From the NCBI RefSeq assembly GCF_006345805.1, contig NC_042999.1, forward strand, positions 9,548,001-9,612,000: a stretch of 64,000 bases of DNA, written 5' to 3'. The translations under genes and the position numbers were made by a program. Origin of the DNA: Octopus sinensis (taxonomy: Eukaryota). Of the stretch, positions 53,297 through 64,000 are shown piece by piece. The notes beneath the pieces are model-generated. The model had not been told where the DNA came from, did not search any database, and saw nothing but the letters and a program-made list of their open reading frames with translations. Positions within the stretch are counted from its first letter, which is position 1. Every line of letters begins with the position of its first letter.

Positions 53297-54140
53297 ATAT
53301 ATGTATATCGACATGTCTATATCTCTGTGAGTGGGTGTAATAGGCATGTCTATTTACTTTTGCGATGTCTGTATTTACATACATGCATTATATATACACA
53401 TGCGTATAGGGAAATAGATAGATTAGTAGAATGATAGAGAGAAAGATTGAATGTATTTGCCTATTACATTACTGTCTTCCATCTTCTAACGAAAGACAAT
53501 TATAAATTCTTGGTTATTAATTCTCACGGGGCTAGTTTTTAATTGCTCTTCGAGATGACTTGGTTTATTCTGCTAAGGATTTCGGTGGAGAGCTAAAGGC
53601 GATGGTATCCACATTTCCTATTCAATAAATCCAGAACTTTCCTTGCAATTTAACAAACTCATTCCTCGCCGTTTATTGCTTCATAGAATCGAAAGCTTTG
53701 TATTGGAAACATTGAAAGATACTAACAAACGAAATTAGGTTAACAGTAAAACGTTGCTATCTTTCAACCAATCACAATTTAGATATTGTTAATTTGCTAG
53801 ATACGGACGTTTCGTCGAACGGAATTGAGGTGAATGAACTTTTTGTAATAATGTGTGACCTCTGATATGTCAGATACTAATTATCTAAAGGGCATCAAAA
53901 TCGAAAGCGGGGGCTTGTAATAATGGTCGGATGTATGGATATTTCAATGTATCACAGTTTCCATATGTCTACGCAGCTAGATATATCAGTAAATGTAACT
54001 ATACACAGTTGACTGTGTATGCAAATTTATACATACATACATATACATATATGTATGTATGCATGTACGTGTATGTGTGTGTGTGTGTGTGTGTGTTTGT
54101 GTGTGTGTGTTTGTGTGTGTGCGCGTGTGTGTGTATGTGT

Positions 54141-54221
<81 letters not shown>

Positions 54222-54352
54222 GTGGGAAGCTGGCAGAATCGTTCAGCATCAGAAAAAGCAATTTGCAGTATATTTCATCGGCAGTGCCCCAGCATGGCCG
54301 CAACTCTCGTTCTGGAACTAGTTAAAAAGTTTCATTAGATAGATAGACAGAC

Positions 54353-54411
<59 letters not shown>

Positions 54412-54559
54412 TATATATACATACATATACATGCATGTATAATATATGTAGATAATGATGCAAATATACACATAACCGCTTGGTGTAAGTTCAAATCATT
54501 TGAGCATTTCTTTATCTCATCTGTTGACTATATGTGTGTGCGTGTGTGTGGGGGGGTGT

Positions 54560-54800
54560 ATAAAGACCCCTTTCGGTCACGAATGAGCAGGGGATTGCAC
54601 CTACAGAGGCAGAAGTTTGGGCAAAGTTGTTTACGGAAGACCAACAGTCGCTCGTGCATAATATGCCTCCCTTCTCCACGCCACCGATGTTGTCCAAGGG
54701 AAAGGCAAAGGGGCCGATACAGCTTGGCGCCAGTGACGTCACAACTCATTTCTACAGCTGAGTGAACTGGAGCAACGTGAAATAAAGCGCCTTTCTCAAG
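54560..54800 (-). mobile_element. SINE family D (different body and tail), head truncated
   Basis: gagtgaactggagcaacgtgaaataaag segment shared with family B; distinct gaccccttt..ccgatacagcttggcgccag segment. Confidence 0.5.
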
Positions 54801-54818
54801 CCCGACTTTCCAACTACT

Positions 54819-54864
<46 letters not shown>

Positions 54865-55087
54865 TGTTGTTGTGTCTGAGGAGAGTCATTCTCTTTTGGT
54901 GCCTTATAATTTAACACACTCACCGGTAAAATTTCCACCTTTTTTTTTTTTTCTACAGTTTTCGTTGTCTTGCAACCTTTTCAATAGTTTTGACTGTCCG
55001 TTACTCACACTGCGTTCTTTTCTGTTTGTTTGTGCGCATGCGTGTTGGTCAGTGTGTGTGTGCGTAGAAGTCGGGCATTACGCATGT

Positions 55088-55525
55088 AATGAGTGATGTC
55101 ACACAAAGGCCCTGCTTTGTGGGTACTGCTTTTAATAGTGGCCCTCTCAGACATGCCCCACTCTACTCAGACAGCCCCACTCTTGCTAGCTCAGCAGGCG
55201 ATGCAAAAGCTTCTCAAAGGATACGTAACCCCGGATATGTTGCACCCCTGCAACATGAGTTGGACGCAATACACTGGCGGGTTGAGGACAATAATATGCA
55301 GTTTAATGCCTACCAGTACACGACGATGAATGAAATGCAGATAGGATACACTTACGCAGAAGAGGCTGCAATCACTGAATCAAAATCAGTGCATGACTTG
55401 GGTATTGATATGAACAATGATGCACCCTTCCAGGTGGATATCACTGAGTTGGCAGACGGCTGTTCAGATGGATCCTTAAAAGCTCCAGAACAAGAGAACA
55501 ATGAACAATGATAGTCCTCTAGAGG
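55088..55525 (+). pseudogene. Old relic of the CR1/L2-group LINE RT region
   Basis: Aligns by eye to 5428-5885 (QGPALWVLLLIVALSDMP; NNMQFNA; SVHDLGI). Confidence 0.7.
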
Positions 55526-57338
55526 ATATTTTCCCACAGCCATTTAGACTACAGTTCCTATCTATGGCCACTACAGTTAACGGTGGTGTTCGAAGCAATC
55601 CAGCGAAGCTGCAGAAAAAAGATCGCTTCAACGCAACATGTCTACTGAGAAAGGCCGAAAGAGTTAAAAATTTACTCCCTCGAATGAATGCGTGAAGGAT
55701 ACGCAGTGATATACATCTGGAAAACCAGATATATTATTTCCATGTGTAATTCTGCGATTCTTACGGGGTAACTCATAATTTTTAAAGGGGTCATCATAGC
55801 CTGCTTTAGCATCTGACCTTTCCACAGAAAACTGACTTATTAGACGTATCAAATAAGCCAAGCATTCTTGATTCCACTGGTTCCAAGTTTCATCTGCTTT
55901 GGCTTGCAAGGTACTTGATTTAACCAATGTAAAATAGCATAAATGTGGGTCAAATATATCTTGGAATAATCTTTCTCCTCTTTATTTATATCATCATAAT
56001 CAATGACTCAACTTGTACCAAATTATAACGTCCGGAAATTCTTGAATTAGTCTTGGAGTATCTAGGTTTTTTGATCAAGCAAGATGCTCGATCAATCAAA
56101 AACGTAATTAAATCAAACCATCTTTTACATATTCTGCGTTAAGCCTCGCATCATTTAATGTTCCTCGTGAAAAGTTATTGCTATTTCTGGTTCCGGAAGA
56201 GATGAGCTGGCAGAATCGTCAGCGCGTCGAACAAAATGCTTAGCTGCATTTCGTCCTTCTTTACGTCCTGTGTTGAAATTCAGTCACGGTTGACTTTACT
56301 TTTCATCCTTTCGGAGTTGACAAAATGAGCACGAGACGAGCACCGGGATCGATGTAATCGACTTACCTCTTACCCCCTACCCACCCAGAATTGCTGGCCT
56401 TGTGCAAAGTTTAGAAACCAATATTTCCTGTTTCTCTTGCTTCTAATTCTATTAAATCAAGAAGCAAAGTTGGTCAAAGATCATTTAATTAATATTTTAC
56501 AAAAATTCCACGCACTGATAACCTTAGAATCATTGAAGCGTCATCCATTCCAAAACCTTTTTTCTATTAGTTTTCCATTGATATTCCTCAACATTTCATT
56601 TCCTAATCAGTCGGAGATTTGCTCTGCAGAGAGAGAGAGGCAGGAAGCCATGACTACAAGTAGTTCTCTGTTCCACTGTTAGCTGGAATTATACTTCATC
56701 TTCCATGTCTAACAATGGTCCCTATAACCTAGTTAGTGGTAAAAATATTATTTTAATTCCATATATTTTTTCTCATTAATTTTATCAAAAGCTGTTTCAA
56801 GAATCTCTCTTTTGCTATTCTTTTGAAATATTTAAAAGAATTGCGTGAGAATTTTCTTCAAATGTTTTTTTCTTCTTTTTTTTAATGGTGAAGATCGCTT
56901 AACTATTAAGCGTGAGATGTTGTGCATTTGCTATTCAGAAGAAATGTGAAAAATATGTTACTTTAAAGAGTTGGTTGCGAGGAGCCCCAGATCCATAAAA
57001 CAAGTCACGTGATTTCGGAAACCTAATCAAAACACACTCATTCACACACACACACACACACACGTACACACTCATTCACAAACAAGCGCATATACATACT
57101 CGCTCACACACACACATGCAATGTTGTTAGGGAGTCGGATAAAATGCTTTGTAGTATTTTTACCGACTGCTTGCTCTCTAAATCCAAGCCCCACCGATGT
57201 CTCTTCTAATTTTTATCATTTCGGATTCTGTTTTATAAATTTGGCAGATAACGTAAAAGCTTCAAACTCCACGATTCCTTTAGATTTGACAGACCAAGTA
57301 CATAGACACATACACACGCACACACACACACACACACA

Positions 57339-57373
<35 letters not shown>

Positions 57374-57374
57374 C

Positions 57375-57409
<35 letters not shown>

Positions 57410-57658
57410 GTTGGCTCCCCACGCAACAAGGAGCAACAGCAACACATCGTACCATACACCATGAAACGGAACTAAGTAGAAAATTACTAAAAGATAATTC
57501 CACACTTGATAGAATTTTTCTTCAAAGATGGACAATTGATTATGGAAAAAATATTCAAATCACAACACAAAGTGATAATTGACGCACAAACGTCATACAC
57601 ACATCACAAACAATAGTAGCACGTGATCAATTACATATAATTCTGATGGCCAGAATAC

Positions 57659-57701
57659 AAATTTCTGATGAAGAATTCTCGAGTTCCTAACGTTGGAATT
57701 T
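57659..57701 (+). ncRNA. Decayed minimal type I hammerhead-like motif
   Basis: aaatttc/ggaattt flanks, (c)tgatga, stem II agaatt..gagttcc, GAAA degraded to taa, acgt stem III. Confidence 0.3.
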
Positions 57702-57720
57702 TGATTGTAAAATATCTATA

Positions 57721-58127
57721 AAGGCGCAAGAGGGATTGTGTGGTAAGAAGCTTCCTTCCCAACCGCATGATTCCGGGTTCAGTCCCACTGTATGGCGCCT
57801 TGGGTAAGTGTCTTCTACTATAACCTCCGCCCGAATAAAGCCTTATCAGTGGATTTGGTAGACGGAAACTGAAAGAAGCCCGTCGTGTCTATATATACAT
57901 TTATATGTATGTGTGTGCATATGTGTGTGTCTGTGTTTGTACCACCACCATCGCTTGACAACCGATGCTGGTGTGTTTACGTCCCTGTAACTTAGAGGTT
58001 CGGCAAAAAAGTAGGATAGAATAAGTACTAGGTTTACAAAGAATAAGTTCTGGGGGTCAATTTGTTCGAGTAAAGGCGGTGCTCCAGCGTGGCCGCAGTC
58101 AAAATGACTGAAACAAGTAAAAGAAAA
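57721..58127 (+). mobile_element. SINE family A
   Basis: Full head and tail. Confidence 0.88.
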
Positions 58128-58354
58128 ACTATCTTGGCAGTAAAATCTGCATAAACAAACAACACCCCCTATGCAAAGGGGCAGTGTAGAAGCTAACAGA
58201 GCTCCGCAGCCTCAAAATGAGGCTGAGATAACCAACAAGATTTGACCTTTGACAGAAATATATTTGGCAAATGTTTTGTATTCCAGAGAAACTATAAGAG
58301 TCTGATAGCCAGATGCGAAAAGAGGCTTGATTAAACAATGAATGAATTTCTAAT

Positions 58355-58591
58355 TCTTTTTATTATTCTTTTATTTGCTTCAGTCGTTTGAATGCGGCCA
58401 TGCTGGAGCACCGCCATTTTTTAGTCGAAGAAATCGACCCCAGGACTTATTCTTTGTAAGCCTGGTATTTATTCTATCGGTCTCTTATACCGAACCGCTA
58501 AGTTACGGGGACGTAAACACACCAGTATCGGTTGTTAGGCGATGGTGGTGGGGCAAACACAGACACAAAGACACACATAAATATATATATA
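58355..58591 (-). mobile_element. SINE family A, 3' half (5' half lies at 61970-62532)
   Basis: Tail and body in reverse complement, ending at the internal (TA)n. Confidence 0.8.
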
Positions 58592-58779
58592 TCAGTAGAT
58601 GACCACAGCATCTTGTTTTGGCTACACGCGGGTGGGAAGGGGCTGGTGACACAATCTTTTCATTCACACATTGAATTTGGTGATACTAGTTGCGGATTCT
58701 AGCTCGCTCTGATACTGAGTTGAGTTGGTGCCTTCTAGTATCTCAAAATTCAATATATAATCATTTATGATTATAGTAT

Positions 58780-58878
58780 TCTACGCTGAAGAGAAAAGAA
58801 GTTTTGGTGAGATAGAATTATTAATATTTAATTCTTATGCTTTCCTAAAAACTTGATTTCGAAACGTACGTCCGTAGA
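58780..58878 (+). ncRNA. Type I hammerhead ribozyme, GUC triplet
   Basis: Stem I tctacg/cgtaga; CTGAAGA 58786-58792; long stem II (gaaa/tttc with G10.1-C11.1, aagtttt/aaaactt, agaatta/taattct); GAAA 58861-58864; stem III ACGTACGT; C17 at 58872. Confidence 0.82.
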
Positions 58879-59367
58879 TAACTTAAAATTGTATGATAGA
58901 TTGCCGTCAATTCATTCTCTCTTACCTGTTTGTGTCTGCCTTCCAATTGCTGTTTTTACTGAGATCTCCCTTTTTAGTAGAAGAAATAGCTATAACTCTT
59001 TGACTGCTTTTCTAAATTCGGTATGTGGTAAGGCAATTCGTTGCTAAACCCTTTATTGCTTAGTATTACTTAATTTTCCTCGAATGAGGCTTTTACATGC
59101 CGAAGACTACTTGGTGTAATTGATAATTATTCCAAATTAATTAATTTCACCCTTCATTATTACGGATAACCACATTTTATCTCAGTAGATGACCACAGCA
59201 TCTTGTTTTGGCTACACGCGGGTGGGAAGGGGCTGGTGACACAATCTTTTCATTCACACATTGAATTTGGTGATACTAGTTGCGGATTCTAGCTCGCTCT
59301 GATACTGAGTTGAGTTGGTGCCTTCTAGTATCTCAAAATTCAATATAATCATTTATGATTATAGTAT

Positions 59368-59466
59368 TCTACGCTGAAGAGAAAAGAAGTTTTGGTGAGA
59401 TAGAATTATTTAATATTTAATTCTTATGCTTCCTAAAAACTTGATTTCGAAACGTACGTCCGTAGA
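59368..59466 (+). ncRNA. Type I hammerhead ribozyme, GUC triplet (second unit)
   Basis: CTGAAGA 59374-59380; GAAA 59449-59452; C17 at 59460; same stems as the first unit. Confidence 0.82.
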
Positions 59467-59755
59467 TAACTTAAAATTGTATGATAGATTGCCGTCAATT
59501 CATTCTCTCTTACCTGTTTGTGTCTGCCTTCCAATTGCTGTTTTTACTGAGATCTCCCTTTTTAGTAGAAGAAATAGCTATAACTCTTTGACTGCTATTT
59601 CTAAATTCGGTATGTGGTAAGGCAATTCGTTGCTAAACCCTTATTGCTTAGTATTACTTAAATTTTCCTCGAATGAGGCTTTTACATGCCGAAGACTACT
59701 TGGTGTAATTGATAATTATTCCAAATTAATTAATTTCACCCTTCATTATTACGGA

Positions 59756-59811
<56 letters not shown>

Positions 59812-59983
59812 AATAAATATTAGGGAATAAATCCAAATTTACAGGGAAAAATCAGATTTGGGATTGAATCCAATTTTATAGTAAAATATTATATAATATT
59901 AATTAGAGACAAAACCACTATTTTGCAAATCAAACAAGGAAAGACTTAACCAATACATAAAAAAAATTTTATATAAAGTAAAT

Positions 59984-60037
59984 AAATCGCCACTACAATT
60001 GTTTCCTGTCTTCAAATGACATTCATCAGGTGGATTT
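59984..60037 (-). ncRNA. Type I hammerhead-like motif (left arm)
   Basis: Reverse complement of 61650-61703. Confidence 0.6.
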
Positions 60038-61649
60038 CATATCTAAAAATATCAATATTTTAAAAAATAAATTTAAAATGGCTAAAACTATGAATAATAT
60101 AAATTTATCAATGAAAAAATATAAAAATATATAATCTATATATAATCTATATATAATATAATCAAGAACTAAAATAACCTCTATAAACAATTGAATATAA
60201 AGAAACCTATTATTAAAGTTCTCATATTTAAAGATGAAGAATCTAATTTCAAAACCAAAAACCAAAAAACAAAAAACAAAAAAACAAAAAACAAAAACCA
60301 AAAACAAAATAAAAATAAACTATATATACACACATGCTCATACACATATATCTAAGTATATATAAACATATCTAAATACATACACTAACTCACACGCCCA
60401 TATATATCTCTATACATACACATAAACATCTAGGCAACGATAAATTAATAAAATAGCCAAATACTTCAACACATTACTTATTCATACTCCCTCACACACA
60501 CATACAACCCTCATTCATAAACACACTCACTCTGCATGACAACCACACAACCAGCATCCGCATATACTCAACCACAACAATATAAACATTTCATTCTGCG
60601 CGTTATGAACGAACGTTATTTAAAAATTATGAATGGAATAGAATGGAATAATATGTTAATAAACGTAATTAGACAGAATTTACTATAAAATTCTTTAATA
60701 AAACAATCATGATAAACGAAACCCATATATACATATAATGATAAAACCTCCCTTTAACCAAACACAATAACATACCTATATAGCAATCCCCTAATCTATA
60801 CATTCACATACAAATACACACACGTATAACACACACCCACAACATATACATATACCTACTCACACATACATATACATACGTACAAAACTCGCTATATACA
60901 CCAATATATTCACACCCACACCCATATAGATGAATAAATAAATATATAAACATCCATAAATATATATATATATATATATATATTTATACACTCACACATA
61001 TCATCAAATACACATATATATAAAAATACACACATTCACAAAAAAATAAATAAATGAATATTTATTATATGTATATATGAGTGTGTACACGCAGACGGGT
61101 GCAATCTCACGCACATCAATCATGCATGTATACAAGTGCATACACAAGCACACACTTTTACATAGCACCATGCATTCCCGCATCTACACATGCACTTGTA
61201 CACGCGCACACTTGCACACACACCCATGCACATGCATATTGACGGACACCCTCCTAAACATCCAAATATACGTATAAATGGCTACAAACAATACCCAAAT
61301 AAATAAAACTACCATGATCAACATACCAAGCTATAACTCTAAAACAAATTTATGAAAGTGAATAATAACTTATATTGAGTTATTCTATTAATAAATCATT
61401 TAAAAACAGACCTATCTATTTATCAAAAATTAGATTCTTCATCTTTAAATATGAGAACTTTAATAATAGGTTTCTTTATATTCAATTGTTTATAGAGGTT
61501 ATTTTAGTTCTTGATTATATTATATATAGATTATATATAGATTATATATAGATTATATATTTTTATATTTTTTCATTGATAAATTTATATTATTTATAGT
61601 TTTAGCCATTTTAAATTTATCTTTTAAAATATTGATATTTTTAGATATG

Positions 61650-61703
61650 AAATCCACCTGATGAATGTCATTTGAAGACAGGAAACAATTGTAGTGGCGA
61701 TTT
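61650..61703 (+). ncRNA. Type I hammerhead-like motif, GUA triplet
   Basis: Stem I aaat-ccac/gtgg-cg-attt; CTGATGA 61658-61664; stem II tgtc/gaca with A-G at 10.1-11.1; GAAA 61682-61685; palindromic stem III ACAATTGT; A17 at 61693. Confidence 0.6.
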
Positions 61704-61883
61704 ATTTACTTTATATTAAAATTTTTTTATGTATTGGTTAAGTCTTTCCTTGTTTGATTTGCAAAATAGTGGTTTTGTCTCTAATTAATATTATATAATA
61801 TTTTACTATAAAATTGGATTCAATCCTAAATCTGATTTTTCCCTGTAAATTTGGATTTATTCCCTAATATTTATTATTATTAT

Positions 61884-61960
<77 letters not shown>

Positions 61961-61969
61961 TATATATAT

Positions 61970-62532
61970 ATACAACACGGACGTCTTTCGGTTTCCGTCT
62001 ACCAAATCCACTCACAAGGCTTTGGTCGGTCCGAGGCTATAGTAGAAGACACTTGCCGAAGATGCCACGCCGTGGGACTGATCCCAGAACCATGTACTTG
62101 TACTTGTGGCGACATTCACCCTGGGCGGGTTGAGTCGGCTTCTTCCACCACCCTCGAGGCATCTCGAACCATGGCAGTGGAAGACGTTTCGTGGGAATAT
62201 GATTTTCACAAGCGGTCCCCAACAATCCTGCATGTAGAGACATCCTGTTTGCCGCAGATTGTCCGCAGACGCAGGGACAGAACGACCGAGGAGCCGCCGG
62301 TTGCCGAAACAGACACTCCGAAGATTTTCACCAGAGCTCCGTCTGCTGGCCCTAATACCACTCAGTGTCGGACCAATCCGCCTTGGGTGGCCCTACCAGG
62401 AACCGAAGTTCCCGACGGCATAGCTCTGACACTACCCGTTGCCAGCGTCCCCACCAAGGTGAGGAGGGGATGGATTTTGGGGACCACGTACCCGGGAAGC
62501 AAGCTTCTTACCATACAGCTATACCTGCACCT
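61970..62532 (-). mobile_element. SINE family A, 5' half, head interrupted by an RTE-derived insertion
   Basis: tttccgtctaccaaatccactcacaaggc..cagaaccatg, then gggaagcaagcttcttaccatacagct..cacct. Confidence 0.75.
62094..62493 (-). mobile_element. Short GC-rich RTE-derived bipartite non-autonomous retroposon
   Basis: Minus strand: gagctatgccgtcgggaacttcggttcctggtagggccacccaaggcggattggtcc resembles RTE (Rex3/Expander-type) 5' UTRs from memory; ends gaatgtcgccacaagtacaagta (CAAGTA repeat tail). Confidence 0.55.
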
Positions 62533-62989
62533 CTATTTTTATTAATTTTTGGGGGGTATTTTTGGTATTTCGGGTTGGCAACACAACTGAGAATAAGAAA
62601 CGTCTTAATGTTCCGCTCACAGTTCACATTACTTGTCTCGTTTAAAGTTTCGTTTTACTCACAAAATTGCTTTCATATGTCTCTTTTAGCTTTACAGAGT
62701 CTCAAAACTGTTTCTCTTCTGACCATGGGGCCATTATTTTTAATGTCCAAACACTTCACACAAATACACACATCTAAATTCGAATGTTAACTTTATCTGT
62801 ATATCCTTCCGATGTCGATTAAATCCATCCTTGTATTTATTTGGCAAAATGGAATCCAACCGTGACCTAACTATCGATGACGGAGAAACGAACGTCGAAT
62901 TCGACTGAGACATTTCTAAACCTAAACCACCGAAATCTCACACTACAATCGATCTCCACACCCAATCCTTCTGTTTCATTCAACCGTAC

Positions 62990-63075
62990 ATCCTTTCGAT
63001 CGCTGTGTGTCTGACCCCAATCAGGCTGTATTGTCCCCCTCTATGTTTGGGCCCTTGTGGCTAATAAAGAAATTG
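62990..63075 (+). mobile_element. Retroposon 3' end of the SINE-C/Tx1 tail type
   Basis: ctctatgtttgggcccttgtggctaataaagaaa. Confidence 0.5.
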
Positions 63076-63149
63076 AATATTAAAACGTGGCTCACGAGCC
63101 CTCTGTTCTCTTGATTTTCCTAAGTCACCATATCTCCTTCCTTTCATTT

Positions 63150-63440
63150 CATTCACCTTTCTACATATAAGGTGGGGGTCATCCCACTTTTCTTCCCTTT
63201 TTGTTTCTTCCACAATATTGCATGGCCGTTGTCTCTAATCCGTTCTTCCATCTTTTGTCGGGCTTTTATTTTTAATCCCGTTGGCTATCCAATAATCACC
63301 TTCCTCACCAAGCTCGATGGGGTTGCCGGTTTAGTCGTCCACAACCCGAGCATGCGACAGTCCGTACAGGGTTACATGTTGCCAAATAGCGCACAAGAGC
63401 TACCTGACAACCGTTCAATTCCATTCTGCTACCGTTTCTA
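63150..63440 (-). pseudogene. Possible RTE ORF C-terminal relic
   Basis: Minus strand SHARVVDD..LGE..KPDKRWKNGL resembles GHVxRMxD..GEL..GRPxKRWKD; heavily decayed. Confidence 0.3.
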
Positions 63441-64000
63441 CCAGTTCATTACTAACAACAACAATAATAGGCGAAATATGTTATTAAACAAGTTTATCTC
63501 CGTAGATTTTCTATAGAATTCAGAGCCAGAACTGAAAGTTGCGAACACGTCGATGTAAACAATGCGATCGGAAACAGAAAAATAGGTGACGGGTGTATAT
63601 GTAGGCATTTCTATCTTTTTCTATCTTCCATCGCTTTGTTTGTAGAAATAAACTTTAAAATGAGAACATCGCACTGCTAACACACAAGTATGACACACTA
63701 TTGACTTGTAAATCTTTAACATACTTGCTAGTTTATTGTGGTTGCAGACAAAATACTGTATCTTTGCTAGCAATTAATCATTATAACTAATGTTTGCCAA
63801 CAGCCAAGAAATAATGCAGTGCTTAAAATGATTTTGGATTCTGGTTGGAAGCGCCAGGTTTCCTACGTCAGAAAAGTTTAGGTTAGATGTCTCGATGGTA
63901 ACAGGATACAGCCTAGACATCATGCAACTATGTTATGACACAAGCAGCATGGAGCAGACGATGTTTATAGACTCAAACATACATAAAACTGATTAATATT

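Larger units (their letters stand above)
58592..59758 (+). mobile_element. Head-to-tail dimer of a 590-nt non-coding HHR-bearing unit (family 1; retrozyme or Penelope pLTR-like)
   Basis: tcagtagatgaccacagc at 58592 and 59182; units nearly identical; no convincing ORF; (TA)n flanks. Confidence 0.88.
59794..61886. mobile_element. Family-2 inverted-repeat element (arms about 455 bp, C/A-rich loop about 1.18 kb), Penelope-like
   Basis: 59794-60249 is the reverse complement of 61427-61886 with a few substitutions and one extra 11-nt repeat unit. Confidence 0.8.

Noticed and set aside
58853-59047. 64-aa ORF repeated in both dimer units
   Set aside because: Starts and ends differ through indels between units; no domain similarity; overlaps the ribozyme
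62860-62920. gaaacgaacgtc resembling HHR stem III plus GUC
   Set aside because: No CUGANGA and stem II upstream

Overview
Repeat-saturated, AT-rich eukaryotic DNA with no recognisable host exon. The SINE families and microsatellite density suggest an octopus or other coleoid cephalopod genome (inference). The window holds a near-full-length CR1/L2-group LINE (2590-6520) plus relatives, and a near-full-length Tx1/L1-clade LINE (37593-43660) plus a 5'-truncated copy, both copies embedded in (GATA)n. It also has a Tc1/mariner transposon, R4/Dong and RTE relics, two non-autonomous Helitron-like copies, MITEs, dozens of tRNA-derived SINEs of three or four families, and many simple repeats. Almost all short ORFs in the track are microsatellite artefacts. 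The main result is a set of non-coding elements carrying type I hammerhead ribozyme (HHR) motifs. Family 1 (unit about 557-590 nt) occurs as a head-to-tail dimer at 58592-59758, with intact GUC-type HHRs 588 nt apart, and as a diverged palindromic homologue at 734-1890 with compensatory stem I changes. Family 2 forms a 2.1-kb inverted repeat at 59794-61886 with an HHR motif in each arm. Together they look like a retrozyme or Penelope-like circular-RNA system that lands in (TA)n tracts. Also notable: a LINE ORF1 combining a Myb/SANT-like domain with a CCCH zinc finger, apparent (GATA)n targeting by the Tx1 family, and a bipartite RTE-derived element with a tentative HDV-like ribozyme. All folds and alignments were done by eye, and no database was searched.
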